This document shows, piece after piece, positions 25,937 to 41,055 of a stretch of DNA of 64,000 bases. The stretch is taken from contig NC_042999.1 in NCBI RefSeq assembly GCF_006345805.1, positions 88,970,001 to 89,034,000 of the forward strand. Reading direction: 5' to 3'. The position numbers and the translations under genes were made by a program. This DNA comes from Octopus sinensis. Its lineage: Eukaryota. Within the stretch, counting starts at the first letter, position 1. Every line of letters begins with the position of its first letter. Under the pieces are notes generated by a model, which was given only the letters and a program-made list of their open reading frames with translations, was not told the origin of the DNA and searched no databases.

Positions 25937-26491
25937 TATAAATGCTCACACAAACACAATCTGCACAGATAATATGCATACACAACATGCTAGCACAGAT
26001 GCACACACCCACACCTACCCCCCTCACACACACAGATACATATATGCGAGTTTATATCAGCATGGTTTAAAATCCATACATACATACTCAGCAGAATTCA
26101 TGGCCACTTGCATTTCGTATCTCACCAGCATGCTAAATTATGTATTAGACAAAGTAATGAGTTCAATATAATTCACAAAATCTCTGGAAGGCGCTACACC
26201 CACCCGTATGGTTGCTGTCCAATGATGCATTGCATCAAAATTAATATATATATATATATATAATATATAAAACTCAACTTGTGTGTATCTGTGTGTGTGT
26301 CTGTGTGTCTAACTTCCCGGCACATCCCCACCTAGCCAACAAATCGTAGAACCACCTGAAACTCTCCCCTGAAATACCCGTTGAGAAATATATATATTAT
26401 ATAATATATATATATATTATATATATATAATATATATATATATATATTATATACATACATACATACATACATATATATATATAATATGTAT

Positions 26492-26526
<35 letters not shown>

Positions 26527-27154
26527 CTTATATATATATATATATATGTATATGTATATACTTCAGAGATGTTGCACACCTATTTTCACTAATATTATTT
26601 CTATAGATAGATGTACAATAAATCGACAATGTCTATAATATATTTAAGACAGTGAGCAGGCAGAATCGTTAGCATAACGGGCGAAATGCTTAGCACGTCG
26701 GGCGAAATGCGTAGCGGCATTTCGTTCATTTTTACGCTCTGAGTTCAAATTCCGCCGAGGTTGATTTTGCCTTTCATTCTTTCGGGGTCAATAAAATAAG
26801 TACCAATTGGACACTGTGTTCGATGTAATCGACTTACCTTCTTCCTCGAAACTACTGCTCTTGTACGAAAATTTGAAACCCATTTCTATTGCATAATTAC
26901 GTCAATACCACATTTCAATTTGCGAGCAACAAATGCATGGATTCTACAGTGGAAATACTACTGACAGTGCCATCATGGTTGAGATGTGGTAGGTTGGGAG
27001 ATTCTGCAAAGTTCCATAAGATCTTCTTTGCGATAGACCAGAATGTTCTTACACCTAATTATGGAAACAGGAGAGCTTGCAGGATATGATGCCAAGTGGA
27101 ATTATTTGTTGTCAGGTTGGTTGTCTCTCAGGTGTTGTGACAGTAGCTAAGAGT

Positions 27155-27587
27155 TGTGAGGTGTATTGCATTGATTAAGTAGCAGAAGGCGGCGAGCGAG
27201 CAAAATCGTTAGCACGTCGCTGGACAAAATTTTTAGCGCCATTTCTTCGGTTTAACATCCCGAGTTCAAAACAAGTACCAGTTGAGTACTTGGGTCGATG
27301 TAACTGACTGACCCCTTTCCCTAAAATCTCGAGCCATAAGCCTAAGTAGTAAAAGAACTGATAAGCAAGAGGTGTGAGGTGTATTGCATTGATTAAGTAG
27401 CAGAAGGCGGCGAGCGAGCAAAATCGTTAGCACGTCGCTGGACAAAATGTTTAGCGCCATTTCTTCCGGTTTAACATCCCGAGTTCAAAACAAGTACCAG
27501 TTGAGTACTTGGGTCGATGTAACTGACTGACCCCTTTCCCTAAAATCTAGAGCCTTATGCCTATAGTAGAAAGAACTGAATAAGCAA
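27155..27587 (+). repeat. Tandem duplication (218-bp unit) containing an internally deleted SINE
   Basis: Two near-identical units starting at 27155 and 27373 share the same SINE deletion. Confidence 0.85.
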
Positions 27588-28046
27588 TGGTCAGGAAATC
27601 CCAAATGGGGAAGATACAGCAATGGCTGTGTAAAAACTGAATTTAGAAGAGACAACTCGAGAATGTTTGTAGTGACTATTGCAATTTAAGATATGGGTAG
27701 GTGACTATTATACGGTAGATGTTTTTAAATATCAACAGCACTGATTACAAACATTAGAAAGGGCAAAAAAACTGACCTACGAATACCTCCAGTCCAGTTA
27801 AATGTAGAACGAGAGTGACGTTTCCCATTCAAACAACTGATTTTCATATTATTACGTCATGCCTAGAGCAATTCTAATAAAATAAAACCATAAAAAAAAA
27901 ATTACCCAGCTGAACCTAATAAGGATTTAATAAGGAACTTAATAACATTTAAGCTCAGAGTAATATAAAAAGTATTATAAATTTTTGCAGACTAACTAAA
28001 TTAAAAACAACCCGGAGCATGTATTTCAAAATACCTTACTACCTAC

Positions 28047-28107
<61 letters not shown>

Positions 28108-28604
28108 AAAATGCATTTATAAATATATGCATATATGAATGTATACCTATATATACGTATATATTATATATCAATATATAAAGAAAAACATATATAGACA
28201 TACATAAACATATATGTGTATATATATATATATATATATGTATTACCGGTAAAGGTTTTAGTTGCCAATTCTGTACAAGACATTGTAGATCTTTAGCTAG
28301 GCTAAAAAGTCACAGTCGATCACAGCACCAGTAACAGTTAAGCTTCGAGCAATGGCCATACTCGATAACGAGGGGGCAGCCATAATAATAATAATATATA
28401 TTAATATATATATATATATACTAAGCAATAAAGGGTTTAGCAACGAATTGCCTTACCACATACCGAATTTAGAAATAGCAGTCAAAGAGTTATAGCTATT
28501 CTTCTACTAAAAAGGGAGATCTCAGTAAAGACAGCAATTGGAAGGCAGACACAAACAGGTAAGAGAGAATGAATTGACGGCAATCTATCATACATTTTTA
28601 AGTA

Positions 28605-28710
28605 TCTACGGACGTACGTTTCGAAATCAAGTTTTTAGGAAAGCATAAGAATTAAATATTAAAATTAAATAATTCTATCTTACCGAAACTTCTTTTCTCT
28701 TCAGCGTAGA
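28605..28710 (-). ncRNA. Type I hammerhead ribozyme, copy 1
   Basis: UCUACG-CUGAAGA-GAAA...long hairpin...UUUC-GAAAC-GUAC-GUC^CGUAGA: perfect 6-bp stem I, intact core, G10.1-C11.1 pair, GUC cleavage triplet, palindromic stem III. Confidence 0.85.
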
Positions 28711-29202
28711 ATACTATAATCATAATGATTATATATTGAATTTTGAGATACTAGAAGGCACCAACTCAACTCAGTATCAGAGCGAGCTAGAATCCGCAAC
28801 TAGTATCACCAAACTCAATGTGTGAATTGAAACGAATGTGTCACCAGCCCCTTCCCACCCGCGTGTAGCCAAACAAGATGCTGTGGTCATCTACTGAGAT
28901 TAAAATATGGTTATCCGTAATAATGAAGGATGAAATTAATTAATTTGGAATAATTATCAATTACACCAAGTAGTCTTCGGCATGTAAAAGCCTCATTCGA
29001 GGAAAATTTAAGTAATACTAAGCAATAAAGGGTTTAGCAACGAATTGCCTTACCACATACCGAATTTAGAAATAGCAGTCAAAGAGTTATAGCTATTTCT
29101 TCTACTAAAAAGGGAGGATCTCAGTAAGACAGCAATGGAAGGCAGACACAAACAGGTAAGAGAGAATGAATTGACGGCAATCTATCATACATTTTTAAGT
29201 TA

Positions 29203-29307
29203 TCTACGGACGTACGTTTCGAATCAAGTTTTTAGGAAAGCATAAAGAATAAATATTAATATTAAATAATTCTATCTTACCGAAACTTCTTTTCTCTTCA
29301 GCGTAGA
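29203..29307 (-). ncRNA. Type I hammerhead ribozyme, copy 2
   Basis: Same as copy 1, with a 1-nt deletion in the 3' strand of stem II (UUC instead of UUUC). Confidence 0.8.
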
Positions 29308-29798
29308 ATACTATAATCATAAATGATTATATATTGAATTTTGAGATACTAGAAGGCACCAACTCAACTCAGTATCAGAGCGAGCTAGAATCCGCAACTA
29401 GTATCACCAAACTCAATGTGTGAATGAAACGAATGTGTCACCAGCCCCTTCCCACCCGCGTGTAGCCAAAACAGATGCTGTGGTCATCTACTGAGATAAA
29501 ATATGGTTATCTTATCCGTAATAATGAAGGTGAAATTAATTAATTTGGAATAATTATCAATTACACCAAGTAGTCTTCGGCATGTAAAAGCCCATTCGAG
29601 GAAAATTTAAGTAATACTAAGCAATAAAGGGTTTAGCAACGAATTGCCTTACCCTACCGAATTTAGAAATAGCAGTCAAAGAGTTATAGCTATTTCTTCT
29701 ACTAAAAAGGGGATCTCAGTAAAGACAGCATTGGAAGGCAGACACAAACAGGTAAGAGAGAATGAATTGACGGCAATCTATCATACATTTTTAAGTTA

Positions 29799-29905
29799 TC
29801 TACGGACGTACGTTTCGAAATCAAGTTTTTAGGAAAGCATAAGAATTAAATATTAAATATTAAATAATTCTATCTTACCGAAACTTCTTTTCTCTTCAGC
29901 GTAGA
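29799..29905 (-). ncRNA. Type I hammerhead ribozyme, copy 3
   Basis: Same core and stems as copy 1. Confidence 0.85.
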
Positions 29906-29920
29906 ATACTCTATAATCAT

Positions 29921-30843
<923 letters not shown>

Positions 30844-30872
30844 TAATATATATATATATATATAATATATTC

Positions 30873-30933
<61 letters not shown>

Positions 30934-32076
30934 CATATATATATATATAATATATATATATATATAATATATATATATATATATCTATATATAGGCGCAG
31001 AAATGGCTGTGAGGTAAGTAGCTGCTAACCAACCACATGGTTCCAGGTTCAGTCCCACTGGGTGGCATCTTGGGCAAGTGTCTTCTGCTATAGCCCCGAG
31101 CCGACCAATGCCTTGTGAGGGGATTTGGTAGACGGAAACTGAAAGAAGCCTGTCGTATATATGTATATATATATGTATGTGTTTGTGTGTCTGTGTTTGT
31201 CCCCCTAGCATTGCTTGACAACCGATGCTTCGGCAAAAGAGACCGATAGATAAGTACTGGGCTTACAAAGAATAAGACCCGGGGTCGATTTGCTCGACTA
31301 AAGACGGTGCTCCAACACGGCCGCAGTCAAATGACTGAAACAAGTAAAAGAGTAAAAGAGAAAAGAGTAAATATATATATACATACATTTATATGTGTGT
31401 ATATATATATGTATATATGTGTATATGTATATATATACATATATATACATATAAACATATGCATCTATGTATGTATGTATGTATACTAATACATGATGCG
31501 TTGTTTTATGGACAGAAGGAGAAGTATTTAGCTTCATTAAAATATAAACATATAAAGCAATTCTTAAATAGATGAAACATTGAACACAACGAAATACTTA
31601 TTACTTTAGCTTTTCTTATTGCTATATACAAAATTTTATACAACATTCCCTAAACAGGAAAATTCGAGTCAATCAATACCTGTGTCAGCAAATATTTTCG
31701 TAAATATTATATTTTCCTTGGTAGGATGCTTGTGACATCCTTAGCACAGTAAAAGTACGAGGAATCTCCATCTTGTTCGAGGGCAACATACACCTGACCA
31801 CGAGTGAACTCTGTATTAAGGAGATAAAAATAAAGAATAAAATACAGGTAGAGAGAGGGAGGGGGAGAAAGGGACAGAGAAAAATTAACGGAAAAGAGAA
31901 GAAAAGTAGGAAGAAAGGAAACCAAAAGAAGAGTTTAAGAGAAAAAGAAGAATAGAAGAAAAAGTGAAAGAAAAAGAAAAAGACAACGAAAGAAAAAAAG
32001 AAAAGGAAAGAAAGAGAAGGGAAAGAAAAGAAAGACTGAAGAAGAGAAAAGCACTGGTAAAATTTGAAACCATAAA

Positions 32077-32119
<43 letters not shown>

Positions 32120-32122
<3 letters not shown>

Positions 32123-32199
32123 TAGTTTTATTTTTATAGCGTGCTTTCACTTCACTACCGAGCGCAGCTCTGTGTGCCTTAGGTATGTGCTGTGATTTG

Positions 32200-32200
<1 letters not shown>
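32120..32200 (-). mobile_element. Dong/R4-type LINE 3'UTR stub in (TAA)n
   Basis: Minus strand cacagcacatacctaaggcacacagagctgcgctcggtagtgaagtgaaagcacgctataaaaataaaactactg-(aat)n. Confidence 0.55.
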
Positions 32201-32258
<58 letters not shown>

Positions 32259-34168
32259 GCCTTTGCACAACTTCTAACGCTGGAGATGTACTACGGTGTC
32301 AGCTGTTCACTACCAGTGAACTGAGGTAACACTTCTTATTTTTCGAGCACCTTCCGGAGTAATCGAGCGGTTCCAAGCAGTGCTGTGTTCCGTAAGTGCT
32401 CCACGTTTATTGCAGCCCCTATTTGTTCCATGTATCAGGTCATTCCATAAGTTCTGTCCGCATTTTGAATAAAGAAAACAAGTGATCAAATGATATATTT
32501 AATTGAAATTTAATCATCAATGTACTTTACCTGATTATCTATGACTTCCTTCCATCTATTTACAAGCTCTTTAATCCCTTCAATGTAAAAATCGTTTGGT
32601 TTCAAAGCGAAGAACTCTGAAATGTCAGTTTCGACCTCCTCCTGGCTTGCGAAAGTTATGTCCTCCAATTGATTCTGTAAACTACGAAACAAATGATAAT
32701 ATGAAGGATCAAGGTCGGGAGAATAAGGTGGATGAGGAATCTTTCCCAACTAAGCTCTTCGATCTTCTGTAATGCGATCTCTGCAGTGTAGGGTTGCGCA
32801 TTGTCCTGATGAAACATCACTCATTTTTTATTCCTATTTCATCGACCACAACTGCTTAACCTCCCAAGTTAACCTGTCATATCTCTCGACATTTCTTTCT
32901 TCCTTATCGCATGTCAGCTGGGCATGCTGTATCTATTATCCAGCATAGTTTGTTTTCTTCCTCAATTAAGGCTATGTCCGGTTTCCTATTCTCTATCTCA
33001 TGGTCGTACTGAATCATAATCCCACAGGAATTTTGCATTATCATTTTTGATGATGCCTTCGGGTTTGTGGTCGTATCAATTTTTTTCTCTGTCAAGACCA
33101 TAATTGTTGCAAAGCGTCCAATGGACAAGCCTGGCTATATTGTCGTGGCGTCTCTTATATTCCTTCTGAGCTAGTGGCGTATATTAGCTGGCAATATGCC
33201 ATACGGTTTCACTATTTTGTCCACAAATGCTGCACTTATCACTTTCTGGTGTGTTGTCTACTCTGTATTTTATGTAATTTGTCCTTAGTGCTTGCTCTTG
33301 GGCAGCACAGATTAGAGCCTCCGTTTCCGGTTTTAAATCACTTTTAGTCATCCACAGCTATCTTTTTTCTGTCTATCTTATCTTCAACATCCCTATGAAA
33401 TTGTTCATGCATTCTTTTCCTTACCCATCTATTTTCAGTTTCATTCGTTTTCAATTGCTTGTACAGTACTTTATCTTTGCAATCTTTCGTCTTGTACAAG
33501 TCTGACCTTCTTACTTCTAATAATAGTGGTTCTGTGGCATTTTTTACATACCATGGTATGTTATTTTCTTCTGCTCTAACGCTGTGTTCGCATCCAATAA
33601 GTTCTCTTCCCCCTCTTTTTCTTGGTACATACATTCTGTCTGTATCACGTTTTGGGTGGAGTGAGCCATACCTAGTTAGCAACTTCCTTGCCTTTCTGTC
33701 TAAGCTGTTTAGTTCGTCTACTGTCCATGCGGTTACCCCTGCTCCATATCTCAGGAGTGAAACCGCCCAGGTGTTGATAGCTTCAATCTTATTCCGTCCG
33801 TTTAATTTTGACTTAAGAATCAGTCTCAGTCTGCGCAAGTACTGCACCTTACATTTTTCTGTCATTTTTCTCCTTCAATTTTTCCATTTCCAAAATCCCC
33901 AAGTACCTATAGCCCGTCTCTTCTATCTACTTTATAACCTCCCCCGACGGTATCGATAGCCCATCCATACATTTGATTTTGCCTCTCTTCAAGTCTAACA
34001 TACCACACTTTCTCAGTCCGAACTCCATTCTGATATCAGCACTGAAAGTATACACCGTATCAACGAGGGAACTGACTTGGGATTTATCTTTACCATAAAG
34101 CTTGAGGTCATCCATGAATAACAAATGGTTGACTTTTTGATGACGGCTTTTCAATACATACCCAGCTT
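32259..34168 (-). mobile_element. 5'-truncated Dong/R4-clade LINE (RT C-terminus, CCHC, RLE), interrupted by mariner
   Basis: HLLFMDDLKLY (RT), YLRRLRLILKSKLNGRNKIEAINTWAV, RKPDIALIEEENKLCWIIDTACP (RLE), and ALLGTARLLRKVLEK*. Both ends sit in (TAA)n. Confidence 0.9.
32433..32830 (-). mobile_element. Mariner 3' end nested in the LINE
   Basis: FHQDNA...PHPPYSPDLDPSYYHLF; the TIR tatcaggtcattccataagttc is shared with the 62650-62673 end. Confidence 0.9.
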
Positions 34169-34196
34169 ATTATTATCATTATTATTATTATTATTA

Positions 34197-34236
<40 letters not shown>

Positions 34237-34254
34237 GTTGTTGTTGTTGTTGTT

Positions 34255-34535
34255 GTTAAGCTTGGTACTTACTGAATCAGTCTCTTTTACCGAACCACTA
34301 TGTTACGGGAACATAAACACACCAACGCCGGTTGTCAAGCGGCGGCGAAGGAACACAAACACACACACGGGTGGATGGACCTCTTTCAGTTGCCGTCAAC
34401 CAAATCCACTCACAAGGCTTTGGTCGACCCAAGGCTATATTAGAAGACACATGCCTAAGTGCCTCACAGTGAGATTGAACACGGAATCATGTGATTGGGA
34501 AGCAAGTTTCTTACCACACAGCCACACCAGTGCCT
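34255..34535 (-). mobile_element. Composite CORE-type SINE, diverged
   Basis: Same modules as 18193-18632. Confidence 0.7.
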
Positions 34536-35690
34536 ATATATATATATATACATACATATATACATGTGTATATACATATATATGCACATGCATAAATCTG
34601 CACACTCACACATATATAAACATACACACACACACAAACATAAATATATGTATACACACGCACATGTGCACTCCAACATATTCTATTTCAGAGTAACTAA
34701 ATATTATTTGTCACCTCAGTTCAATCGTAAAGAAAATGAATGAATTTAATTTGATTTGTCGACTCATGCACTAATTCATTCTTGCGAACTTTTCAACGCA
34801 GACCAGTCTGACACAACAGGAATAACTTCTGACGTCAAAAGCTCTTTGCTTTCGTAAAAACGCTGCGAGTTCAGTTATAATTATTTCGTGCCTGATTGAA
34901 AACGTCCCACTTTTTTTCACCATCCTACACATTTTTGTGTTATTTTCCAAACCAACCAAACAAAAAAGGGATCAATAACAAAGCAACAGAATTCACATGG
35001 TTCCATATGATTCCACAGTTACAGAGAGGTCTATTCGCCATTTTAATTTGGGGTTTCTAGTTGGCCAAATCACCGAGTTCATTAAGCCATTTCTATCCAT
35101 TCTTTATAGACTTCGATCGCTTTGACAAATTGTCTGTCGGTTTCATTTTCATGACTGTCATTGGTAGTACATTTAACAATCCTACATTTCACAATTTTAT
35201 GTTGGTAGATCTTTTATATTCTTCGTATCTGCTGATCCCAATCTAATGAACATTATCATCAAACAGAGTCTTTTTGTTTTCAGTTTTGCTGACAATTTCC
35301 GTCTTGATATCAGACGGAACAAAGTCAGCCATCACGTAAGACTATTAATGTTTAAAGAACGCAATGTCAAACGCTGTTAGTCATTTCTTTCTTTTCAATT
35401 CGCTGGTTTATACAATCGATACAAACAAGTAATAGACCGAATGAATGAAACTGTGGTTTTGGTACGAGTAATATGAAGCATCTTACATATAATTGATTAA
35501 ATATATCAGACCCTATATATTTTAACATAGAGGTGTATTGTGTACTTTAATAATACGTACATACATATTTACATACTTTTCTACATACGTATAAATACAC
35601 ATACACATCATAAATACACTTAGACAGATGTACAAACACACAGACAAATAAGCAGACAGGTTGACACGTCCACACACACAGACACACACA

Positions 35691-36049
35691 ACTTAATATA
35701 AACAGCTAGGTGCAATGTGATGCCACAAAGAACAACTACAATCGTCACTGAACGTGACTAAGGGTGTCAAGACACCTACATTACTAGAAATAAGTTAAAA
35801 TGCTCTTAACGATGTAGGAAAAACACATAGTTGTATAATTATATGCTGACAGAGGTTACAATCGCTCCAAACACCGACTCGAGGATTCCTCAGATTGAAC
35901 ATCCAGTTTCGGCTATTTCCGTAGCCTTCAGTAATGACTGCTCGTTCGGCAGATTTCGGGCCAATCGTGACGCCTTTAGTCACGTTCAGTAGTGACGATT
36001 GTATTTTTCCGTTATGGTATCACATTGCACCTAGCTGTTTATATTAAGT
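35691..36049. mobile_element. MITE with ~80-bp TIRs
   Basis: acttaatataaacagctaggtgcaatgtgat...gtcactgaacgtgacta is mirrored at ~35970-36049. Confidence 0.8.
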
Positions 36050-36130
36050 TTTGTATACACATCATATATATATATCAGAAATATTAAATTTCTAAATATC
36101 TCATAGAGATATGTGCGGTGGTGGAGCGAT

Positions 36131-36442
36131 AGAGTGGCTGTATACTGTCAACTTAACGTGACAGTCCCGTAAAGGGGATTACAGCACCACCATTTAGCTC
36201 AAGGAAGCATCGACGCTTCCTGTCGGCCTTGACACATTTCCTGTGTCCTTATATATTTACGAAGGGGAGACAAACACCCCCAACAGCAGGCCTAGCTATT
36301 GGGGGGTTTGTCTCCCCTTCGTAAATATATAAGGACACAGGAAATGTGTCAAGGCCGACAGGAAGCGTCGATGCTTCCTAGGCTAAATGGCGGTGCTGTA
36401 ATTCCCTTTATGGGACTCTCACGTTAAGTTGACAGTATACAA

Positions 36443-36449
<7 letters not shown>
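36131..36449. mobile_element. Foldback element, near-perfect ~150-bp hairpin arms
   Basis: 36131-36282 is the reverse complement of 36300-36449, with a ~17-nt loop. Confidence 0.9.
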
Positions 36450-36533
<84 letters not shown>

Positions 36534-36608
36534 GGATAAAATTTTTTCGAAAAAATTTTTTATCAATGGCCAGCATATTAAAAAATACCTTTAAAGGTTA
36601 AATTATAA

Positions 36609-36989
36609 ACAACTTATAAATAAGGGCAAACGAGTGCCTCAGTTCAAATCGCACGTGTCTTGAAATGGGCTGGAGTATTTCTATTTTGGATTTATTTGGG
36701 GTACTTAGTTGTGCTCATGACTTAGTGTTTGCTTCTTCCATGGTTATGAGTAAGTATCTCATTTACTTCTTTGCCACATGTATCACTGACGAAGGGAGGG
36801 TTCTTTTCGAACTAACCCTGAAATTGGTCCGATATGGTAATAATGGAATTTTTTTAGAGATTTCTGTCGACCTATTTTCGAGTAGCGTGCGTACTGGGAA
36901 AATAAATTATATGGTAAATGGACAGTATGTCCAATTTTCGGCATATTTAGCATTAGAACTTTTTTAGTTTGCCCTTATTTATAAGTTGT
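36609..36989. mobile_element. MITE with perfect 23-bp TIRs
   Basis: acaacttataaataagggcaaac / gtttgcccttatttataagttgt. Confidence 0.75.
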
Positions 36990-37129
36990 ATGTATATTTA
37001 AGAAAGCACAAAAAAACACAACAACGCGAGGACGTGGAACAAATATAGTATTATTGGAACAAATATAGTATTATATATATATATATATAATATATAGAAT
37101 TAAATTAACATAGTAATAATAATAATAAT

Positions 37130-37420
37130 AATAATCCATGGATGGAATTTATAGATATTTTAATGTATCATTACGCGCGTTTTCACAAATCATATGTTTC
37201 TTACGATCATAGTCCGTACTCCCAGGATGATTATAGTACAGTCCGTAGTATCCTTGGACATTGTGTGGATCATATTCATGTGTTCATTTCCATGGCTACT
37301 ACGGGCAGTACAGTAAACATCCCAGGAATACGGACTATGATCGTAAGAAACACGCAATTTGTGGAAACGTGCTTAGCGATGCATTAAAATATCAATAAAT
37401 TCCATCCATGGGTTATTATT
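37130..37420. mobile_element. MITE with ~100-bp imperfect TIRs
   Basis: ccatggatggaattta...gtttcttacgatcatagtccgta is mirrored by tacggactatgatcgtaagaaac...aaattccatccatgg. Confidence 0.8.
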
Positions 37421-37437
37421 ACTATATATATATATAC

Positions 37438-37470
<33 letters not shown>

Positions 37471-38199
37471 TGTATGTATGTATGTATGTATGTATAAAGT
37501 AAGAGGAGGGATATAATATCCAAGCCGATACCAAATTTCCCTGAGTAAAATGCCAAGGCCGGTTCCTTCAGATGATGCGTTTTTGGTAAACTTCTTTTAG
37601 CTCCCATCCGATGTTACAGTTTATTTCTTGGCTACTTAGAGTGTAAAGTACATTATTGATAAGGAAAATGAAGAATTTGAACATTCAAACTTTTTGTTTA
37701 AGTTCAGTTAGTTCTTAGTGCTTGCTCTTGGACATAATAGTAAACCATGACATTCTTCCATGGGATGTTTTGCTCAACTAATTGTTTGGTTAAAATTCAG
37801 CAGCAGCAGTAATTTTTGTTGAAGTTGGCAAATATTCTTGGCTAGGCGGGAAGTGGTTATTTATAGAATACGTATCTTTGATTGACATTTGAGTATTTTG
37901 GCGGATTTGAGAGTTGATTATATTATTTTAATTTTTGTAAAGGTTTATTAATAGTAGTAGTGGATAATTACTAGGCAGTAAGAACCGCGTGGTTATCAAA
38001 AGTAGTCAGTTCTTTAGAGTCTTTTAATTTATTATTGTTGTTTTAAAGTGTTTTTAGGCTGTTATATATAATCTTTTAAACTGAATTCTATTCTTATATT
38101 TTTTATGTGTTTTTATTATCATAGTTATTATAGTTCTGTTTAGCGGGAAAAGTTTATTGAAGTTATATAAATTAATGCATTCCATTATTTAATTAAAAA

Positions 38200-39200
38200 A
38201 AAAAAGATAACGTTGCTTGTGTAAGCAATTAAAAATTCTTTCTTGTTTGGTATTAACTATCTTATTTTTCGAAGTAAATATTTGGTATAATTCCTTCAGG
38301 CGTAAATTTCAGCTTTCGTCTCCGCTATTCTATAAGGTTTCGCCTCCCCTATTGTATGCAGTGCTAATACTTTCTCATTTTAATGAAAATTCAATATTTT
38401 CATCCTTAAGCGACCATATAAGCTTACTAAGATTTGTTGAAAATTTTCTAGTATTGTTTCTAAACGAACTTCCATGATTTGCTATTCTTTGTTTTATAAA
38501 GCATGAGCTAGCACCAATATATTAATTTTTATTTTTATGTGTTGTGACTTCACATCTATAGACGGTATTTCTTACTTTACAGTTATTTTAAAAGTTACAT
38601 TGCGTTCTCCTAACACAATCACATTTTCCATGTATTATGCTACGTTTTCATTATTAGATTTTATAATGTTTGTGTTTATTTTATATTTTTGCTGATTATA
38701 TTTATTATTGCTCTTTTCATAAAAGTCGTTACTCTTTCTTGTCAGTATGTGTGCCTGTCAATTAGTTATAGAATTTATAGAATTATTTAATTGAGTAATT
38801 TCCCTTTGATCTTTATTTATTTTCTTTGTGATGATTTCAATAGAATTTGGGCTAATCATCTTACTATCGTTTTTAAAAATTGGTATTATTATTATTATTA
38901 TAATTATATTATTATTATTATTATATTATTATTATTATTATATTATTATTATTATTATTAATTTGATTTTCACTATTATTTACCTTATTAATGTTATTGT
39001 CCTGTGCCTTTGCAATTTGTTTGGTGTTTGGGGCGGCTACATACAATTTAAGGTAAATTTCTAGAGTTGGAGAACGCAATTTTGATTTTTTTTATTAAAT
39101 AAATAATGATATTTATTCGTTACCAGAAAAAAATTATTTACCGTTTCGTAGAACATTCTAGGTATTTTTGATTTAATTTAATTTTGCGAAGGGGTTATCA
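38200..39200 (-). mobile_element. Degraded Penelope-like element, GIY-YIG endonuclease region
   Basis: KVRNTVYRCEVTTHKNKN*YIGASSCFIKQRIANHGSSFRNNTRKFSTNLSKLIWSLKDENIEFSLK* matches the Penelope GIY-YIG pattern; many stops. Confidence 0.65.
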
Positions 39201-39402
39201 TCCAGTCTTTAGAACGATTTCTTAACTTATAGTTTGCAATTAGTGCTTATGGTCGGAGTGAATGTTTTAATCTTGTCTCCTACTGTATTAGAGATTTTGT
39301 GTTTAATTTTATTATTATTAACACCCGATCTAAATCAGCTACTAAAATATGCGTTACACATATTCATCTGTCTGGTAGCGGCACGGCTTTTTTTGTTTGT
39401 TT

Positions 39403-39476
<74 letters not shown>

Positions 39477-40659
39477 TAATTTGACACGGGAAAGCGAGAC
39501 AGTGCGAGCGCGAATATAGGAACAAGTGATTTTCGTTGGAAGGAAATTTATATAAGAGAAAATGTGAATGTCAAAAAGAAAGACAGAATCAGGTAGAAGA
39601 CAAGCGTCAATGAAGGCAGGTAGCAAGAGAGAAAGGTGGCGAGAGAGAGAGAGAGAGAGAGGGGGAGAGGGGGGATCGTTAAGGAAAAGGCATGATGGAG
39701 TTGTTCCAATAGCAGCAGCAAGATCCAAAAGTAGAAACTGAATGGATAAGAAAAATAAGAGACAGTAAAAACTGAAAATAGAGGGAGAACTGAGTTAGGT
39801 GACAGTGAGAGAAAGAAACAAGTAAAGAAGGATAGTGAAGGAATGAACGAAAGACATAACTAGGAGAAGAGGTTACGGTTGAAGGTGAATAACATCAATC
39901 ATGATGAGCAATGAGCAAAAAGTCTGCTCTCGATATGTACGTAGACAAAGTACTTTTATGCAGAGGAAGTTCGGCTCACAATCGAAAGATTACTGTTTTG
40001 ATTTCCAGACCGGCGGTACGTTGTGTTGTTGAGCAAAACCCTTGGAGGGTGAAAGGGCTGCACTAATTAGGTATGCAGTTTCGTCTGAACAGACTGAATC
40101 AATATGGACTGAAGCTCTTTGTTCAAGGACAGAATGCGCTTCTGGTCCAGGAATCGAAACCGCGACTTTGTAATTGCGAACCCAACATCTTAATCACTAG
40201 TCCTCACACATTCAGAATACTCATACATACTTGCATGTATATATTTGCATATATGGGTTCACACATATACAAACACACATACGAAGGGCTCCACGCAGTT
40301 TCGACTTGCTAATTTCACTCACAAGGCATTGGTCAGTCTGAAGCTCCAGTAAGAGACAGTTACCAAAGATTTTGCTATTCTTAACAATACAATCATGTAT
40401 GTATATGTGTGTTTGAAAGCCCGAGTATAAGCGTGTACGATGCTCATTCCAGATGTTTTAAGACTTTTCTGTTTTTTTCTTTTAAGAGAGGCAATTATAA
40501 CTGTCCAAGATTATCGTACTTTTAGTATTACCGTACTTTTATTAGATGGATATCATAACTATACATCTAATAAACTGGCCCGACAACTTACGTTACTCCA
40601 GATTGAAGGACACGGCTATATCAACACTTTGAACACACCCTACTAAACACTGCTTTTTA

Positions 40660-40970
40660 CAGCTCACTAGTTTGGAAGCTCGCTATTCAATGAAGTCTTG
40701 TATTAAACTGGGTAAAATTGCTACAGAGACTTATGAAACGCTCCACACTACATATTCTTTTCTTTTATTGTAGTCTTTTACTTGTGTCAGTCATCTGACT
40801 GCGGCAATGCTTGAGCACCGCCTTTAGTCGAACAAATCGACTCAAGGACTTATTCTTTGTAAACCTAGTACTTATTCTATCGGATTCTTTTGCCGAACCG
40901 TTAAGTTACGGGAGCGGAAACACACCAACATCAGTTGTCAAGCTATGGTGAGGGGACAAGCACAGACACA

Positions 40971-41055
<85 letters not shown>

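Noticed and set aside
36785-36820. CUGACGA-A-GGGAG...CUUUUC-GAAC hammerhead-like stretch
   Set aside because: GAAC instead of GAAA, and no stem III or cleavage triplet.
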